NCBI GenBank assembly: GCA_044341785.1 | Contig: JBIIRB010000002.1 | Span: 1-44,902 of the forward strand | Direction: 5' to 3' | Length of the DNA: 44,902 bases | Source of the DNA: Bacilli bacterium | GTDB lineage: Bacteria > Bacillota_I > Bacilli_A > RFN20 > CAG-826 | The notes under the pieces: model-generated | Database searches by the model: none | The model's input: only the letters and a program-made list of their open reading frames with translations | What the model was told of the DNA's origin: nothing | Shown here: one piece after another, positions 1-8,712 of the stretch | Layout: the number at the start of each line of letters is the position of its first letter | Position numbering within the stretch: the first letter of the stretch is position 1 | Position numbers and translations under genes: made by a program

Positions 1-1
1 A

Positions 2-1573
2 GCTATTGAAAAAATCCTTCAAACCAAAAAGATGATTACGCTATTACAAGGTGTCACTGGTTCAGGAAAAACAGAACTTTATATTTCGCTTGCCAAGGAA
101 GCCCTTCGCTCCAATAAAACAACCCTCATGATCGTTCCTGAAATTGCTTTAACACCCATGATGGTCGATTATTTTGGTAAACATTTTACCGATCACGTTG
201 CCGTTTTACACTCGGATTTAACCCCTGCCGAACGCTACGATGAATACCGCAAAATTTACCAAGGACTTGCTCACGTGGTTATTGGTGCTCGCAGTGCGAT
301 TTTTGCACCTCTAACCCATCTTGGATACATCATCATCGATGAAGAACATAGTGAAGCGTATAAGCAGGATGTCCCTCCTTTCTATTCGGTGCTCGACATT
401 GCCGAATTACGGGCTAAGCACCATCAAGCAAAAATCATTTTAGGTACCGCTACACCTTCACTCGAATCAAAAGCTCGCGCTCAAAAAGGGATTTATGAAT
501 GGGTTGAACTTCCGCATCGCATTCATCAAGTTTCTCCACCTCAAACCATGATTGTTGATATGAAAGATTTGCGCCAAGTTTCTGCCACAAGCTTTTTGTT
601 TTCCAATGTTCTGATTGAAGCGATGAAACAAGCGTTTCAGCAAAAAGAACAAGTAATTTTGCTTTTAAATAAAAGAGGGTATGCGCAATCGCTGGTTTGC
701 CGAGAATGTGGACATTCATTTTCTTGTGCGGCCTGCCATCTTCCTTTGAATGTTCATCTGCATTCACACAATTTGAAATGCCACTATTGCGATGATGTAC
801 AAGCCTATCCTAAACAATGTCCAGAATGTCAGAGTCATTATTTTAATCGGTTAGGTTTTGGAACCCAGCGTGTTGAAGAAGAAATCAAAAAAATATTTCC
901 CAATGAAAAAGTGCTCCGGCTTGATGCAGATACGACGCAAATTCGCCAATCGATTGGAAAACTTTTAACCTCATTTAAGAATCAAGAAGCGTCAATATTA
1001 ATCGGTACCCAAATGGTTGCTAAAGGCCATGACTTTCCTAATGTAACTGTGGTAGGTGCTGTCTTGGCCGATGGTGGTTTAACAATACCTTCTTACCGGT
1101 CCAATGAACGTACATTTCAACTGTTGACCCAAGCCATTGGTCGCACGGGTAGAAGCGCAAAAAAAGGCCGAGCCTTTATCCAAACGTATAATCCACAACA
1201 TGAAGTGATTCAGTTCGCCAAAAAGCAAGATTATGAAGGATTTTATCAATTTGAAATGCAACAAAGAAAACTAGGGTTATATCCGCCCTATCGGTTTTTG
1301 GTTGCCATTGAAATCATGAGTTCTCAATTGGAACTTCTCACTCGCTCGTCTGAAGCCATTAAGACGATGCTCATGCAACACCTTTCTTCGGAAGATGTAT
1401 TAGGTCCAATCACGCCTTTTTTAGAAAAAAAAGGTCCCTTTTACAGGCGACAAATCATCATTAAGTTTAAGGACAAACGAACCTTAGATGAACCGATTCG
1501 TGAAATCCTGACCTTATTTAAATCGAAATCTTCCATGAAAGTCTTCATCAATTTCTCCCCCTTAGATATTTAG
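2..1573 (+). CDS. priA: Primosomal replication-restart helicase PriA, 5' end cut by window edge
   Basis: The reading frame is open from base 2, so the listed Met at 32 is internal. It has Walker A 'GVTGSGKTE', DEEH box 'IIIDEEHS', the Cys-rich zinc insert 'CRECGHSFSCAACHLPL...CHYCDD...CPECQS', and helicase C motifs 'TQMVAKGHDFPNVT' and 'QAIGRTGR'. Confidence 0.92.
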   Translation, partial: AIEKILQTKKMITLLQGVTGSGKTELYISLAKEALRSNKTTLMIVPEIALTPMMVDYFGKHFTDHVAVLHSDLTPAERYDEYRKIYQGLAHVVIGARSAIFAPLTHLGYIIIDEEHSEAYKQDVPPFYSVLDIAELRAKHHQAKIILGTATPSLESKARAQKGIYEWVELPHRIHQVSPPQTMIVDMKDLRQVSATSFLFSNVLIEAMKQAFQQKEQVILLLNKRGYAQSLVCRECGHSFSCAACHLPLNVHLHSHNLKCHYCDDVQAYPKQCPECQSHYFNRLGFGTQRVEEEIKKIFPNEKVLRLDADTTQIRQSIGKLLTSFKNQEASILIGTQMVAKGHDFPNVTVVGAVLADGGLTIPSYRSNERTFQLLTQAIGRTGRSAKKGRAFIQTYNPQHEVIQFAKKQDYEGFYQFEMQQRKLGLYPPYRFLVAIEIMSSQLELLTRSSEAIKTMLMQHLSSEDVLGPITPFLEKKGPFYRRQIIIKFKDKRTLDEPIREILTLFKSKSSMKVFINFSPLDI

Positions 1574-1629
1574 CCAAAATGCTTTTATAATCGCTCAAAT
1601 TAGTGTAAAATGCGAATGAGGAAAAACGA

Positions 1630-2160
1630 ATGATGACCCTAACTTTTTATGGATTAAATATGTATGCATTGGGCGATCTTTCGCCTTCGTTATCGCTTCG
1701 ACTTTCAAAAGCCTTTAAAATGCAAGAAACATTGATTAGCCTTCGCGTTGTAGAATCGATGATTTTTTATAAAGGCATTGATCAGAATACATGGGAGGTC
1801 ATGGTGGATATTCGCCTAAATGAAACGATGAAAAACCATGAACAAGAAATTGTTAAAATTCTTCAAGATGTGCTGAAAGAACAAACCATTCATTTAACGT
1901 GTGATTTTACGTATGTGAGTTCTCAATCACGAGTCCAAATCATCTCAGAAGATTATCCTCGTTTCATCACTGAAGATAACCAAGTTGTGGTTGGTCATAC
2001 TCATGAAAAAACAACGGAAATCTATACCGGGAATATTTTTCAAAACGTACAAGAAAAGTTGGATCAGTCTGCTAAACTTTTTGAAAATGAACAAGAAGAA
2101 CATACATGTCATTGTGGGAAACGTGAAGGGCAATGCGATTGCGGGCATTCTCACGATTAA
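1630..2160 (+). CDS. Hypothetical protein with Cys/His-rich C-terminal tail (N-terminal part faintly DUF1904/tautomerase-fold-like)
   Basis: 176-aa ORF with SD-like 'GAGGAAAAACGA' just upstream of the ATG and candidate -10 boxes (TATAAT 1586-1591, TAAAAT 1606-1611). It ends in 'HTHEKT...EEHTCHCGKREGQCDCGHSHD'. I recognise no catalytic motif. The DUF1904 resemblance comes from memory of that family's pattern, not from a search. Confidence 0.55.
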   Translation: MMTLTFYGLNMYALGDLSPSLSLRLSKAFKMQETLISLRVVESMIFYKGIDQNTWEVMVDIRLNETMKNHEQEIVKILQDVLKEQTIHLTCDFTYVSSQSRVQIISEDYPRFITEDNQVVVGHTHEKTTEIYTGNIFQNVQEKLDQSAKLFENEQEEHTCHCGKREGQCDCGHSHD

Positions 2161-2211
2161 CTTATTCGTTCAGGTCTGCCTTTTTAATGTAAAATAAGTT
2201 TAGTTGTAAGG

Positions 2212-3486
2212 TTGGAGGAAAAGTCGTTGTTATCTATTATTTATGCCCGCGATATTATCCATGAAATCATTCAGCATCAAACTAGTTTTACTGATGCCGT
2301 TAAAAAGGTAACTCAAGGGGCTGATCTTGATTCAGCAACCCATGGACTCATTCGGTCTTTAACTTCTTGTGAACTTCATCACCACGCAATGCTTGACCAC
2401 GTTGTGAATGAATTTTTTCCAAACCTAACTTTACAAGAAAAACTTTTGCTTCAAGTGGCTACGGGGAATCTTGTCTTTATTAAGCGTCTTCCGGAAACCG
2501 ATGTTGTAAACTTTTTAACCGAAACCCTCCAAGGCTTCAATATCGATATGACGCTTATTCAAACTTTTTTCGAACGTCTTAAATCCGGAAAACGTCTCAT
2601 CCGCGAAGACATCAAAGAACAGACACCGTTATTTTTATCGTTGAAATATAATACGCCACTGTGGTTAGTAGAAATGTGGATTAAACATTTTAATTTTTCG
2701 ACAACTGTGAAAATCTTACAATCCAATGGTAAGCCTGTTATGCAAGCTTGCCGCATCAACACCGATCGTGTCACGACGGAAGAAGTCTTAGCCAAAGATT
2801 CTGAGTTTGTTGCGGGTCCTATTCCAGATACAGTGATTTATAAAGGCAAAGAACCTTTAAAAAACCGTCCTGTGTTCATGGATCATTGGGTTTTCCAACA
2901 GCGGCTTGCCGTCACTGATATTATTAATCAAATTAGCTTTGATAACATTTTGGGTGAAGTATTAATCGTCGAAGGACGAACCAATGCGCTGTATTTGGAA
3001 CTACCTCTTGTGACCAAAGATGCTGTACCCATCAACATTGCTACGAATTCCATTGAGCGCAAGTTAATGATGCAAAAAACCATTAAGCATTCCAATTTAA
3101 AAAACATTACTATTTTTGAATCAACCCCATCAGGTCTGATTAGTCATGTTTCAAATCAACAAGATTTTGTTCTTGTGATTCCTAACTGCTCCAAGTTTGA
3201 TTTAATTAGGTCATTACCTGACTTCTTTATTCACTTTAAACAATCCGAACTTGATGATTACATTAAAGAACAAACCGCTGCTATGGAAGAATCGTCTAGA
3301 TTTGTCGTGGAAGGTGGATTGCTTGTCTATGGCGTGAATACGATCAATCATAAAGAGGGAACCTATCTGGTCCAAGAATTTATAAGAAAACATCCCGAGT
3401 TTAAACTCATCTTGGAAAAACAGTATCTCCCCTTTGATGAATTTAATACGGCACTCTATGTTGCTGCTTTAAGGAAGAAAAACTAA
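2212..3486 (+). CDS. RsmB/Sun-like protein (NusB-like N-domain plus degenerate m5C RNA methyltransferase domain)
   Basis: It occupies the rsmB position between priA and rlmN. It aligns collinearly with RsmB ('YNTPLWLVEMW', 'ACRINT', 'VFQQRLA'), but the catalytic motifs are replaced (see findings). The ORF opens at TTG 2212. TTG 2227 lies 7 nt after GGAGGA (2214-2219) and is the more likely start. Confidence 0.7.
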   Translation: MEEKSLLSIIYARDIIHEIIQHQTSFTDAVKKVTQGADLDSATHGLIRSLTSCELHHHAMLDHVVNEFFPNLTLQEKLLLQVATGNLVFIKRLPETDVVNFLTETLQGFNIDMTLIQTFFERLKSGKRLIREDIKEQTPLFLSLKYNTPLWLVEMWIKHFNFSTTVKILQSNGKPVMQACRINTDRVTTEEVLAKDSEFVAGPIPDTVIYKGKEPLKNRPVFMDHWVFQQRLAVTDIINQISFDNILGEVLIVEGRTNALYLELPLVTKDAVPINIATNSIERKLMMQKTIKHSNLKNITIFESTPSGLISHVSNQQDFVLVIPNCSKFDLIRSLPDFFIHFKQSELDDYIKEQTAAMEESSRFVVEGGLLVYGVNTINHKEGTYLVQEFIRKHPEFKLILEKQYLPFDEFNTALYVAALRKKN

Positions 3487-4536
3487 ATGGAAAATTTATA
3501 CGGAATGACGCAACACAAACTCGCTGAAACAATGATTGCTTACCACGAAAAACCATATCGCGCCAAGCAACTTTATTCCTGGCTTTATGAAAAAGAAGTG
3601 ACAACGTTTGATCATATGACGGATATTTCGTTATCTTTTCGTGACTTTTTAAAAGATAAGTTCAGTTTGGCACTACCTGAAATTCATACCCGACGCGACA
3701 GTAAAGATGGCACGTTAAAACTGCTGTTAAAACTTCACGATACCCATTTAATCGAGACCGTTCTTATGCGTTATAACTATGGCAATGTTATTTGTATTAC
3801 TTCCCAAGTCGGATGTAATCTTGGCTGTTCCTTTTGTGCTTCCGGTTTATTAAAAAAACAACGTAATGTGACCGCTGCAGAAATGGTTAGTCAAGTGATC
3901 ATGATGAATCAAATTTTAAAAGCCGAAGGCCAAGGGCAGCGTGTATCCCATATCGTCGTGATGGGAACAGGAGAGCCGTTTGATAATTATGATCATGTGA
4001 TGGATTTTGTTCGAATCGCCAATGACCCTAAAGCGCTCAATATTGGTGCACGTCATATTACCGTTTCAACTTCCGGTCTCCCAGATAAAATAAAATTGTA
4101 TGGTCACGAACCGCTTCAGATTAATTTAGCCATTAGTTTACATGCGCCAACCGATGATATCAGAACTCGGCTCATGCGGATTAATAAAGCCTACCCTATC
4201 GCTGTTTTGTTTGAGGCCATCCGCGACTATCAAAAACATGCCGGTCGTCGGATTACGTTTGAATACATTTTAATTGAAGGCATCAATGATCAAATGGAAC
4301 ATGCTGAACAACTCGCCCGGTTGGTGGATGGCGTTTTTTGTTATATTAATCTCATCCCGTATAATGCGGTAATGGAAAATGAATATCGTCGTCCTTCAGA
4401 AACGGCCGTTCATGCTTTTATGGATCGGTTAATCAATTTAGGTATCAACGCTACAGTGCGAAAAGAATTTGGTCACGATATCGAGGCTGCCTGTGGTCAA
4501 CTACGAGCGAAAGTGATGCATGAAAAAGCGCGGTAG
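3487..4536 (+). CDS. rlmN: 23S rRNA/tRNA adenine-C2 methyltransferase RlmN (radical SAM)
   Basis: Contains 'YRAKQLYSWLY', the radical-SAM cluster 'CNLGCSFCASG' (CxxxCxxC), 'MGTGEP', and the C-terminal 'AACGQLR' with the catalytic Cys. The start codon directly abuts the upstream stop. Confidence 0.93.
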   Translation: MENLYGMTQHKLAETMIAYHEKPYRAKQLYSWLYEKEVTTFDHMTDISLSFRDFLKDKFSLALPEIHTRRDSKDGTLKLLLKLHDTHLIETVLMRYNYGNVICITSQVGCNLGCSFCASGLLKKQRNVTAAEMVSQVIMMNQILKAEGQGQRVSHIVVMGTGEPFDNYDHVMDFVRIANDPKALNIGARHITVSTSGLPDKIKLYGHEPLQINLAISLHAPTDDIRTRLMRINKAYPIAVLFEAIRDYQKHAGRRITFEYILIEGINDQMEHAEQLARLVDGVFCYINLIPYNAVMENEYRRPSETAVHAFMDRLINLGINATVRKEFGHDIEAACGQLRAKVMHEKAR

Positions 4537-5260
4537 CTTTTCATTTAAATCTGACATCGGACGCGTGCGCGGTGTCAATGAAGATCAAGTGATGGTCATG
4601 GCCAATGATCACCATGATATTTTAATGGTCGTTTGTGATGGCATGGGCGGTCACTCGCGAGGAGATATCGCCTCATTAATTGCGATTGAAACCATGGCAA
4701 AAGCATTTAAGCAAGTGTCAGGTTTTTTTACAATCATCACCGCTCGTTTATGGTTAACGAAACACATTCGCGAAGCCAATCAAGCAATATTAAAAACAGC
4801 TAAGAATAGTCCATCATTAAAAGAAATGGGCACGACGTTAGTAGCGATACTCATTGTTGGTAAAGAAATGGTGATAGCCAATGTGGGAGATTCCCGTGCT
4901 TACATGTTCAAAGATTCACTCACACCGTTAACCCAAGATCAAACGTATGTGAATTATTTATTTAAAATAGGTCGCATTAATGCCGATCAAGTCAAAACCC
5001 ATCCTCAACGGCACGTGCTCTTAAATGCCCTTGGTTTAAATAAAGAGTTGACCATCGAAGTTGAAACGAAGCCTTATCGTCATGAGACGTTACTCTTATG
5101 TTCGGATGGATTGTATAACAACACCAAAGAAGAACAAATTCAAGCCATTTTACAAACCAAAGATTCCGTCGATCAAAAAGTTGAATCGCTTATTAATCTT
5201 GCCAATCATAATGGTGGAACTGATAATATCGCCGTTGCACTCTGGGAATCAGAAACATGA
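4520..5260 (+). CDS. prpC: PP2C-family Ser/Thr protein phosphatase (PrpC/Stp type)
   Basis: Contains 'SDIGRVRGVNEDQ', 'VCDGMGGHSRGD', 'VGDSRAY', 'LLCSDGL' and 'GGTDNIA'. It overlaps rlmN by 17 nt and the downstream kinase by ATGA. Confidence 0.9.
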   Translation: MKKRGSFSFKSDIGRVRGVNEDQVMVMANDHHDILMVVCDGMGGHSRGDIASLIAIETMAKAFKQVSGFFTIITARLWLTKHIREANQAILKTAKNSPSLKEMGTTLVAILIVGKEMVIANVGDSRAYMFKDSLTPLTQDQTYVNYLFKIGRINADQVKTHPQRHVLLNALGLNKELTIEVETKPYRHETLLLCSDGLYNNTKEEQIQAILQTKDSVDQKVESLINLANHNGGTDNIAVALWESET

Positions 5261-6147
5261 TTAACATTGGTGACATCGTTGATGAACGTTATCATATCAT
5301 CGCCGAATTAGGCGAAGGTGGATTTGCATACGTATTCAAGGCTGAAGACATCATTACCAACAAAATCGTTGCCATTAAAATAATTAAAGATGAAGTGTTA
5401 AGACAAGAAAATTCGATTGACCGATTTGAACGTGAAGCCCGTGCATGTGCTAGTTTAAATCATGTGAATATCGTTCGCATATTAAATGTGCAATTTCGTG
5501 GTAAACCTAAATTTATCGTCCAAGAATTAATCAAAGGAAAAACGTTAAAAGACCGTCTTGATGTCACAGGTAAATTGAGTTTTCGTGAAGCATCCGAAAT
5601 CATGTATCAATTATGTGAAGCCGTCAGTTATGCGCATAGTAATCTCATCATTCATCGTGATATTAAACCCGATAATATTTATTTAACGCCAGATGCAACG
5701 GTCAAACTTGGTGATTTTGGCATTGCCCATATTGAAAATATGCGCCGCATGACAAAAACTGAGCATATCATTGGGTCACCACATTACATTGCCCCGGAAG
5801 TGTCCCAAGGAAAACAACCGACGTTTCAAAGTGATATTTATGCATTGGGCATCACTTTTTTTGAGTTAATTACCGGAAAAGTTCCTTTTGATGGCGAAGA
5901 CTTAAATCCCATCAATATTGCTTTAATGCATATTCAAAAGCGATTCCCAACCCCTAAAAGTTTTTTACCTACCGTTCCAAAAGCGGTGGAGGCTGTCATT
6001 TTAAAAGCTTGTAGAAAAAATCCACTGGACCGTTATCGCTCCGTTTCAGAATTACAAAAAGCTATCAAGGTTTTACTGGATAATCCTAATCTAACCCGAC
6101 CCTTTATTTCGTTTTGGGCAAAGTTGTTCGGTTTTAAAAACGATTAA
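5257..6147 (+). CDS. Hanks-type Ser/Thr protein kinase, kinase domain only (no TM or PASTA region)
   Basis: It has the Gly loop 'GEGGFAYV', Lys in 'VAIKIIK', 'HRDIKPDN', 'DFGIA', and 'SPHYIAPE'. The ORF stops after 296 aa. Confidence 0.9.
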   Translation: MINIGDIVDERYHIIAELGEGGFAYVFKAEDIITNKIVAIKIIKDEVLRQENSIDRFEREARACASLNHVNIVRILNVQFRGKPKFIVQELIKGKTLKDRLDVTGKLSFREASEIMYQLCEAVSYAHSNLIIHRDIKPDNIYLTPDATVKLGDFGIAHIENMRRMTKTEHIIGSPHYIAPEVSQGKQPTFQSDIYALGITFFELITGKVPFDGEDLNPINIALMHIQKRFPTPKSFLPTVPKAVEAVILKACRKNPLDRYRSVSELQKAIKVLLDNPNLTRPFISFWAKLFGFKND

Positions 6148-6148
6148 T

Positions 6149-7003
6149 ATGCAAGGTCGCATCATTGCTCACCATTTTGGCCCTTACTTGGCGTTCGCTG
6201 AACAAAAAACATATATTCTTCATTATCCTAAAACCAATAAGCATGAAACCAAACCTACCGTGGGTGATATCGTAGAATTTGATCCCCTCACCGAACAAAT
6301 TACCGCCATTGGTGATCGAAAAAATCACATCAACAGACCGCACTTAGCCAATTTAGATTTACTATTCATCGTGAGTTCAATCATCGAACCGGAGTATTCT
6401 TTACTCTTAAACTTAAAGTTTTTAACTTTTGCCCTTTTTCATGCATTGAATCCGGTTTTAATCTTAACCAAAAGCGATATTAAATCCCCGAGTGCGAGGA
6501 TGGATAAACACGTATCCTATTTAAAAACTTCAGGCATTCCTACCATTGCCTTTGATACACAAAGTCGAGACGGCCTTCCGATCATTCAAACTTCTTTGAA
6601 GCACAAAGTCGTTGCGTTTGCCGGTCAAACGGGGGTCGGGAAATCTTCGATTATTAATGCGATTTCTCCTTCTTTTCAACGATCAATCGGAAGTTATTCA
6701 CAAGCATTGGGAAGGGGAAAACATCAAACCAAAGAAGTGATACTCGTTCCTTATGAAGAAGGCTTTATTGCTGATACTCCTGGTTTTTCATCGTTAGATT
6801 TAAACATTTTACCGATTGAATTTGCGATCTATTTTCCTGGTTTTAAGTCACGATTTGGTCAGTGTAAGTTTTCAAATTGTTTGCATGATCAAGAACTCAA
6901 TTGCATCGTCAAAGACGATGTCAAACATGGTAAAATTCCTTTAGATGTTTATGAAGTTTATTGCACACTTTTAAAATCATTACCCAAAAGGAAACCACAA
7001 TGA
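6149..7003 (+). CDS. rsgA: Ribosome small-subunit biogenesis GTPase RsgA (CpgA/YloQ)
   Basis: It shows the circularly permuted GTPase order: 'LTKSD' (G4) comes before 'GQTGVGKSS' (G1) and 'DTPGF' (G3). The C-terminal zinc knuckle is 'CKFSNCLHDQELNC'. Confidence 0.9.
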   Translation: MQGRIIAHHFGPYLAFAEQKTYILHYPKTNKHETKPTVGDIVEFDPLTEQITAIGDRKNHINRPHLANLDLLFIVSSIIEPEYSLLLNLKFLTFALFHALNPVLILTKSDIKSPSARMDKHVSYLKTSGIPTIAFDTQSRDGLPIIQTSLKHKVVAFAGQTGVGKSSIINAISPSFQRSIGSYSQALGRGKHQTKEVILVPYEEGFIADTPGFSSLDLNILPIEFAIYFPGFKSRFGQCKFSNCLHDQELNCIVKDDVKHGKIPLDVYEVYCTLLKSLPKRKPQ

Positions 7004-7668
7004 AAAAACGAACTGTTCATATCGCTCCTTCCTTACTCGCGGCTGACTTTTCGCAACTGAAGCTCGAGGTTAATCGTGTTGCTTCATTAGGCGCAACGTA
7101 CCTTCATTATGATGTGATGGATGGTCATTTTGTTCCCAATATTTCTTTTGGAGTTCCTATCGTTGCGGCCCTAAGTAAAACCCCTGGATTAGTTCATGAT
7201 GTTCATTTGATGATCAAAAATCCACAGAACTTTATTGAAGCATTTGTGAAAGCAGGTGCCAATATTATCACGTTTCATTATGAAGCTTTGGACTCTGACA
7301 CTAAACGTTTTCAGCTTATTCAAACAATCAAAAGACACAAGGTCAAAGTGGGCATGTGCATCAAACCTTTAACGGAAGTTGATCGATTATTACCCTTTTT
7401 AAATGATCTTGATGTCGCCCTCATCATGTCAGTGGAACCAGGGTTTGGTGGCCAATTATTCTTAAAAAATGCGATTGATAAAATTGCCTTCTTACGAAAA
7501 GAAATTGATCAAAGAAACATTTCTTGTTTAATTGAGGTCGACGGTGGGATTAATGATTTAACCGCCCCATTATGTACGCAAGCCGGAGTCGATATCCTTG
7601 TCGCAGGAAGTTATTTATTTAACCAGCAAGATATGCCAAAGCGTTATGCAGCCTTACTTAAAAGTTAA
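7000..7668 (+). CDS. rpe: Ribulose-phosphate 3-epimerase
   Basis: Contains 'IAPSLLAADF', 'LHYDVMDGHFVPN', 'DVHLM', 'MSVEPGFGGQ' and 'EVDGG'. I chose ATG 7000 (SD 'AAGGAAA', ATGA overlap with rsgA) over the upstream in-frame extension from 6961. Confidence 0.92.
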   Translation: MKKRTVHIAPSLLAADFSQLKLEVNRVASLGATYLHYDVMDGHFVPNISFGVPIVAALSKTPGLVHDVHLMIKNPQNFIEAFVKAGANIITFHYEALDSDTKRFQLIQTIKRHKVKVGMCIKPLTEVDRLLPFLNDLDVALIMSVEPGFGGQLFLKNAIDKIAFLRKEIDQRNISCLIEVDGGINDLTAPLCTQAGVDILVAGSYLFNQQDMPKRYAALLKS

Positions 7669-8318
7669 TGAATGACCTTTTTATTCTTTCACTATTTTTG
7701 ACCCTTGTTGTGGTCTCAATTTTATTGATCCATTATTGCATGTCGCTTTACTATCATAAGAACCTTAAACGTTACTCAATATTCAACCAATTTCCATTTG
7801 AATTGTTATTCGGACTAAGTCCAAAGCACCAACCCTATTTTCTCGTTTTTTTCACGTTGTTAGGAATGGGCTGGTTTACTTTTTATTGGATGATATTTCC
7901 ATTGTTAGGGACATCTTGGACCGTTCCGATGTTCATCCTAGTCATCCTGTTATGGATCATGTTTTTTTTCATGATGACCATGCAAGCGAAGCGCATAGAG
8001 CGTTTTGTTTTTGTCTCTTCATTTGTGCACATGCTTATCATAGTATTACCTGCGGTTGTCTTCATCTTTACTTTAACTTCACCTTATGACCGTTTTACTT
8101 CTTTCCTACCTTGGGGGAGTGTTTTCATTGCTGGATTGCAAGGGTTGTTGTTATTTTTACCTTCATTAAAAACATGGTCCAAACTTGAAGAAAAACGTCA
8201 GGGAGAGGTCATTGTTTATGTTCGACCAAAAATGTTCATATTGGCGTTGTTACAATGGGGATATTTGATGAGTTTTTACTTGCTGAATTTATTCATCTTG
8301 ATTGCATTGTGGATATAA
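7668..8318 (+). CDS. Polytopic integral membrane protein, unknown function
   Basis: 216 aa with roughly six hydrophobic spans (e.g. 'LFILSLFLTLVVVSILLI', 'FLVFFTLLGMGWFTFYWMIFPLL', 'MFILVILLWIMFFFMM'). The start overlaps the rpe stop (TAATG). No motif recognised. Confidence 0.6.
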   Translation: MNDLFILSLFLTLVVVSILLIHYCMSLYYHKNLKRYSIFNQFPFELLFGLSPKHQPYFLVFFTLLGMGWFTFYWMIFPLLGTSWTVPMFILVILLWIMFFFMMTMQAKRIERFVFVSSFVHMLIIVLPAVVFIFTLTSPYDRFTSFLPWGSVFIAGLQGLLLFLPSLKTWSKLEEKRQGEVIVYVRPKMFILALLQWGYLMSFYLLNLFILIALWI

Positions 8319-8348
8319 AAAAAACCACCCTGATGATTTAGAGTGGTT
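8317..8348 (-). terminator. Intrinsic terminator downstream of rpmB
   Basis: On the minus strand it reads 'AACCAC-loop-GTGGTT' followed by TTTTTTT. On the plus strand the stem arms are 8323-8328 and 8343-8348, and the A-run is 8317-8324. Confidence 0.6.
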
Positions 8349-8360
8349 AAGTATCAAAGT

Positions 8361-8570
8361 TTATTTAGCTGCTACTGAAACTTTGGCGTTGTTTTTGATT
8401 AATGTTCGATGCGCACGCGTGGACATCTTGATTTTTTGGGGTTTGCCTTGCACCATGATGGTATAGGTGTGAAGGTTTAAATTCCAGCGCCGGCGTGTTG
8501 CCACTTCACTGTGTGAACGTTTATTTCCTGAAAGCGGTCCGCGACCACTAATAACACAAACTCTTGCCAT
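8361..8570 (-). CDS. rpmB: 50S ribosomal protein L28
   Basis: 'MARVCVISGRGPLSGNKRSHSEVATRRRWNLNLH' is the canonical L28 N-terminus. It lies on the opposite strand at the end of the ylo-type cluster, as in Bacillus. Confidence 0.93.
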   Translation of the reverse strand: MARVCVISGRGPLSGNKRSHSEVATRRRWNLNLHTYTIMVQGKPQKIKMSTRAHRTLIKNNAKVSVAAK

Positions 8571-8712
8571 AACTTAATCTCCTTTAAACATGCTTTAATA
8601 ACTTATCATGAATCACTTATAAATTCAATCATAATCCTTATTCCATTAACGGCTTAAGGTTTTCAATGATAATATAATGATAATCTTAATTCAATACGCA
8701 CGAGGTAAAGGT

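Noticed and set aside
450-767. Short antisense or out-of-frame ORFs in the six-frame track. Examples: 450-767, 467-652, 1079-1264, 1945-2154, 1985-2197, 2559-2795, 5061-5264, 6134-6343, 7883-8089, 8805-9011, 9622-9909, 10338-10553, 11229-11414, 12556-12868, 13195-13425, 18415-18609, 19003-19200, 20648-20964, 21584-21983, 22479-22667, 24624-24863, 26838-27113, 27701-27916, 29592-29780, 30842-31294, 31878-32239, 37525-37713, 39854-40093, 40346-40594, 43043-43225, 43586-43804, 44402-44590.
   Set aside because: All lie inside strongly supported conserved genes on the other strand or in another frame. They have low-complexity or odd composition and lack SD sequences. They are the random ORFs expected in AT-rich DNA.
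1574-2211. The conclusion that the organism lacks def/fmt (formyl-Met cycle) because they are missing from the priA-rsmB interval.
   Set aside because: Absence from one locus says nothing about the rest of the genome. I report only a local replacement.
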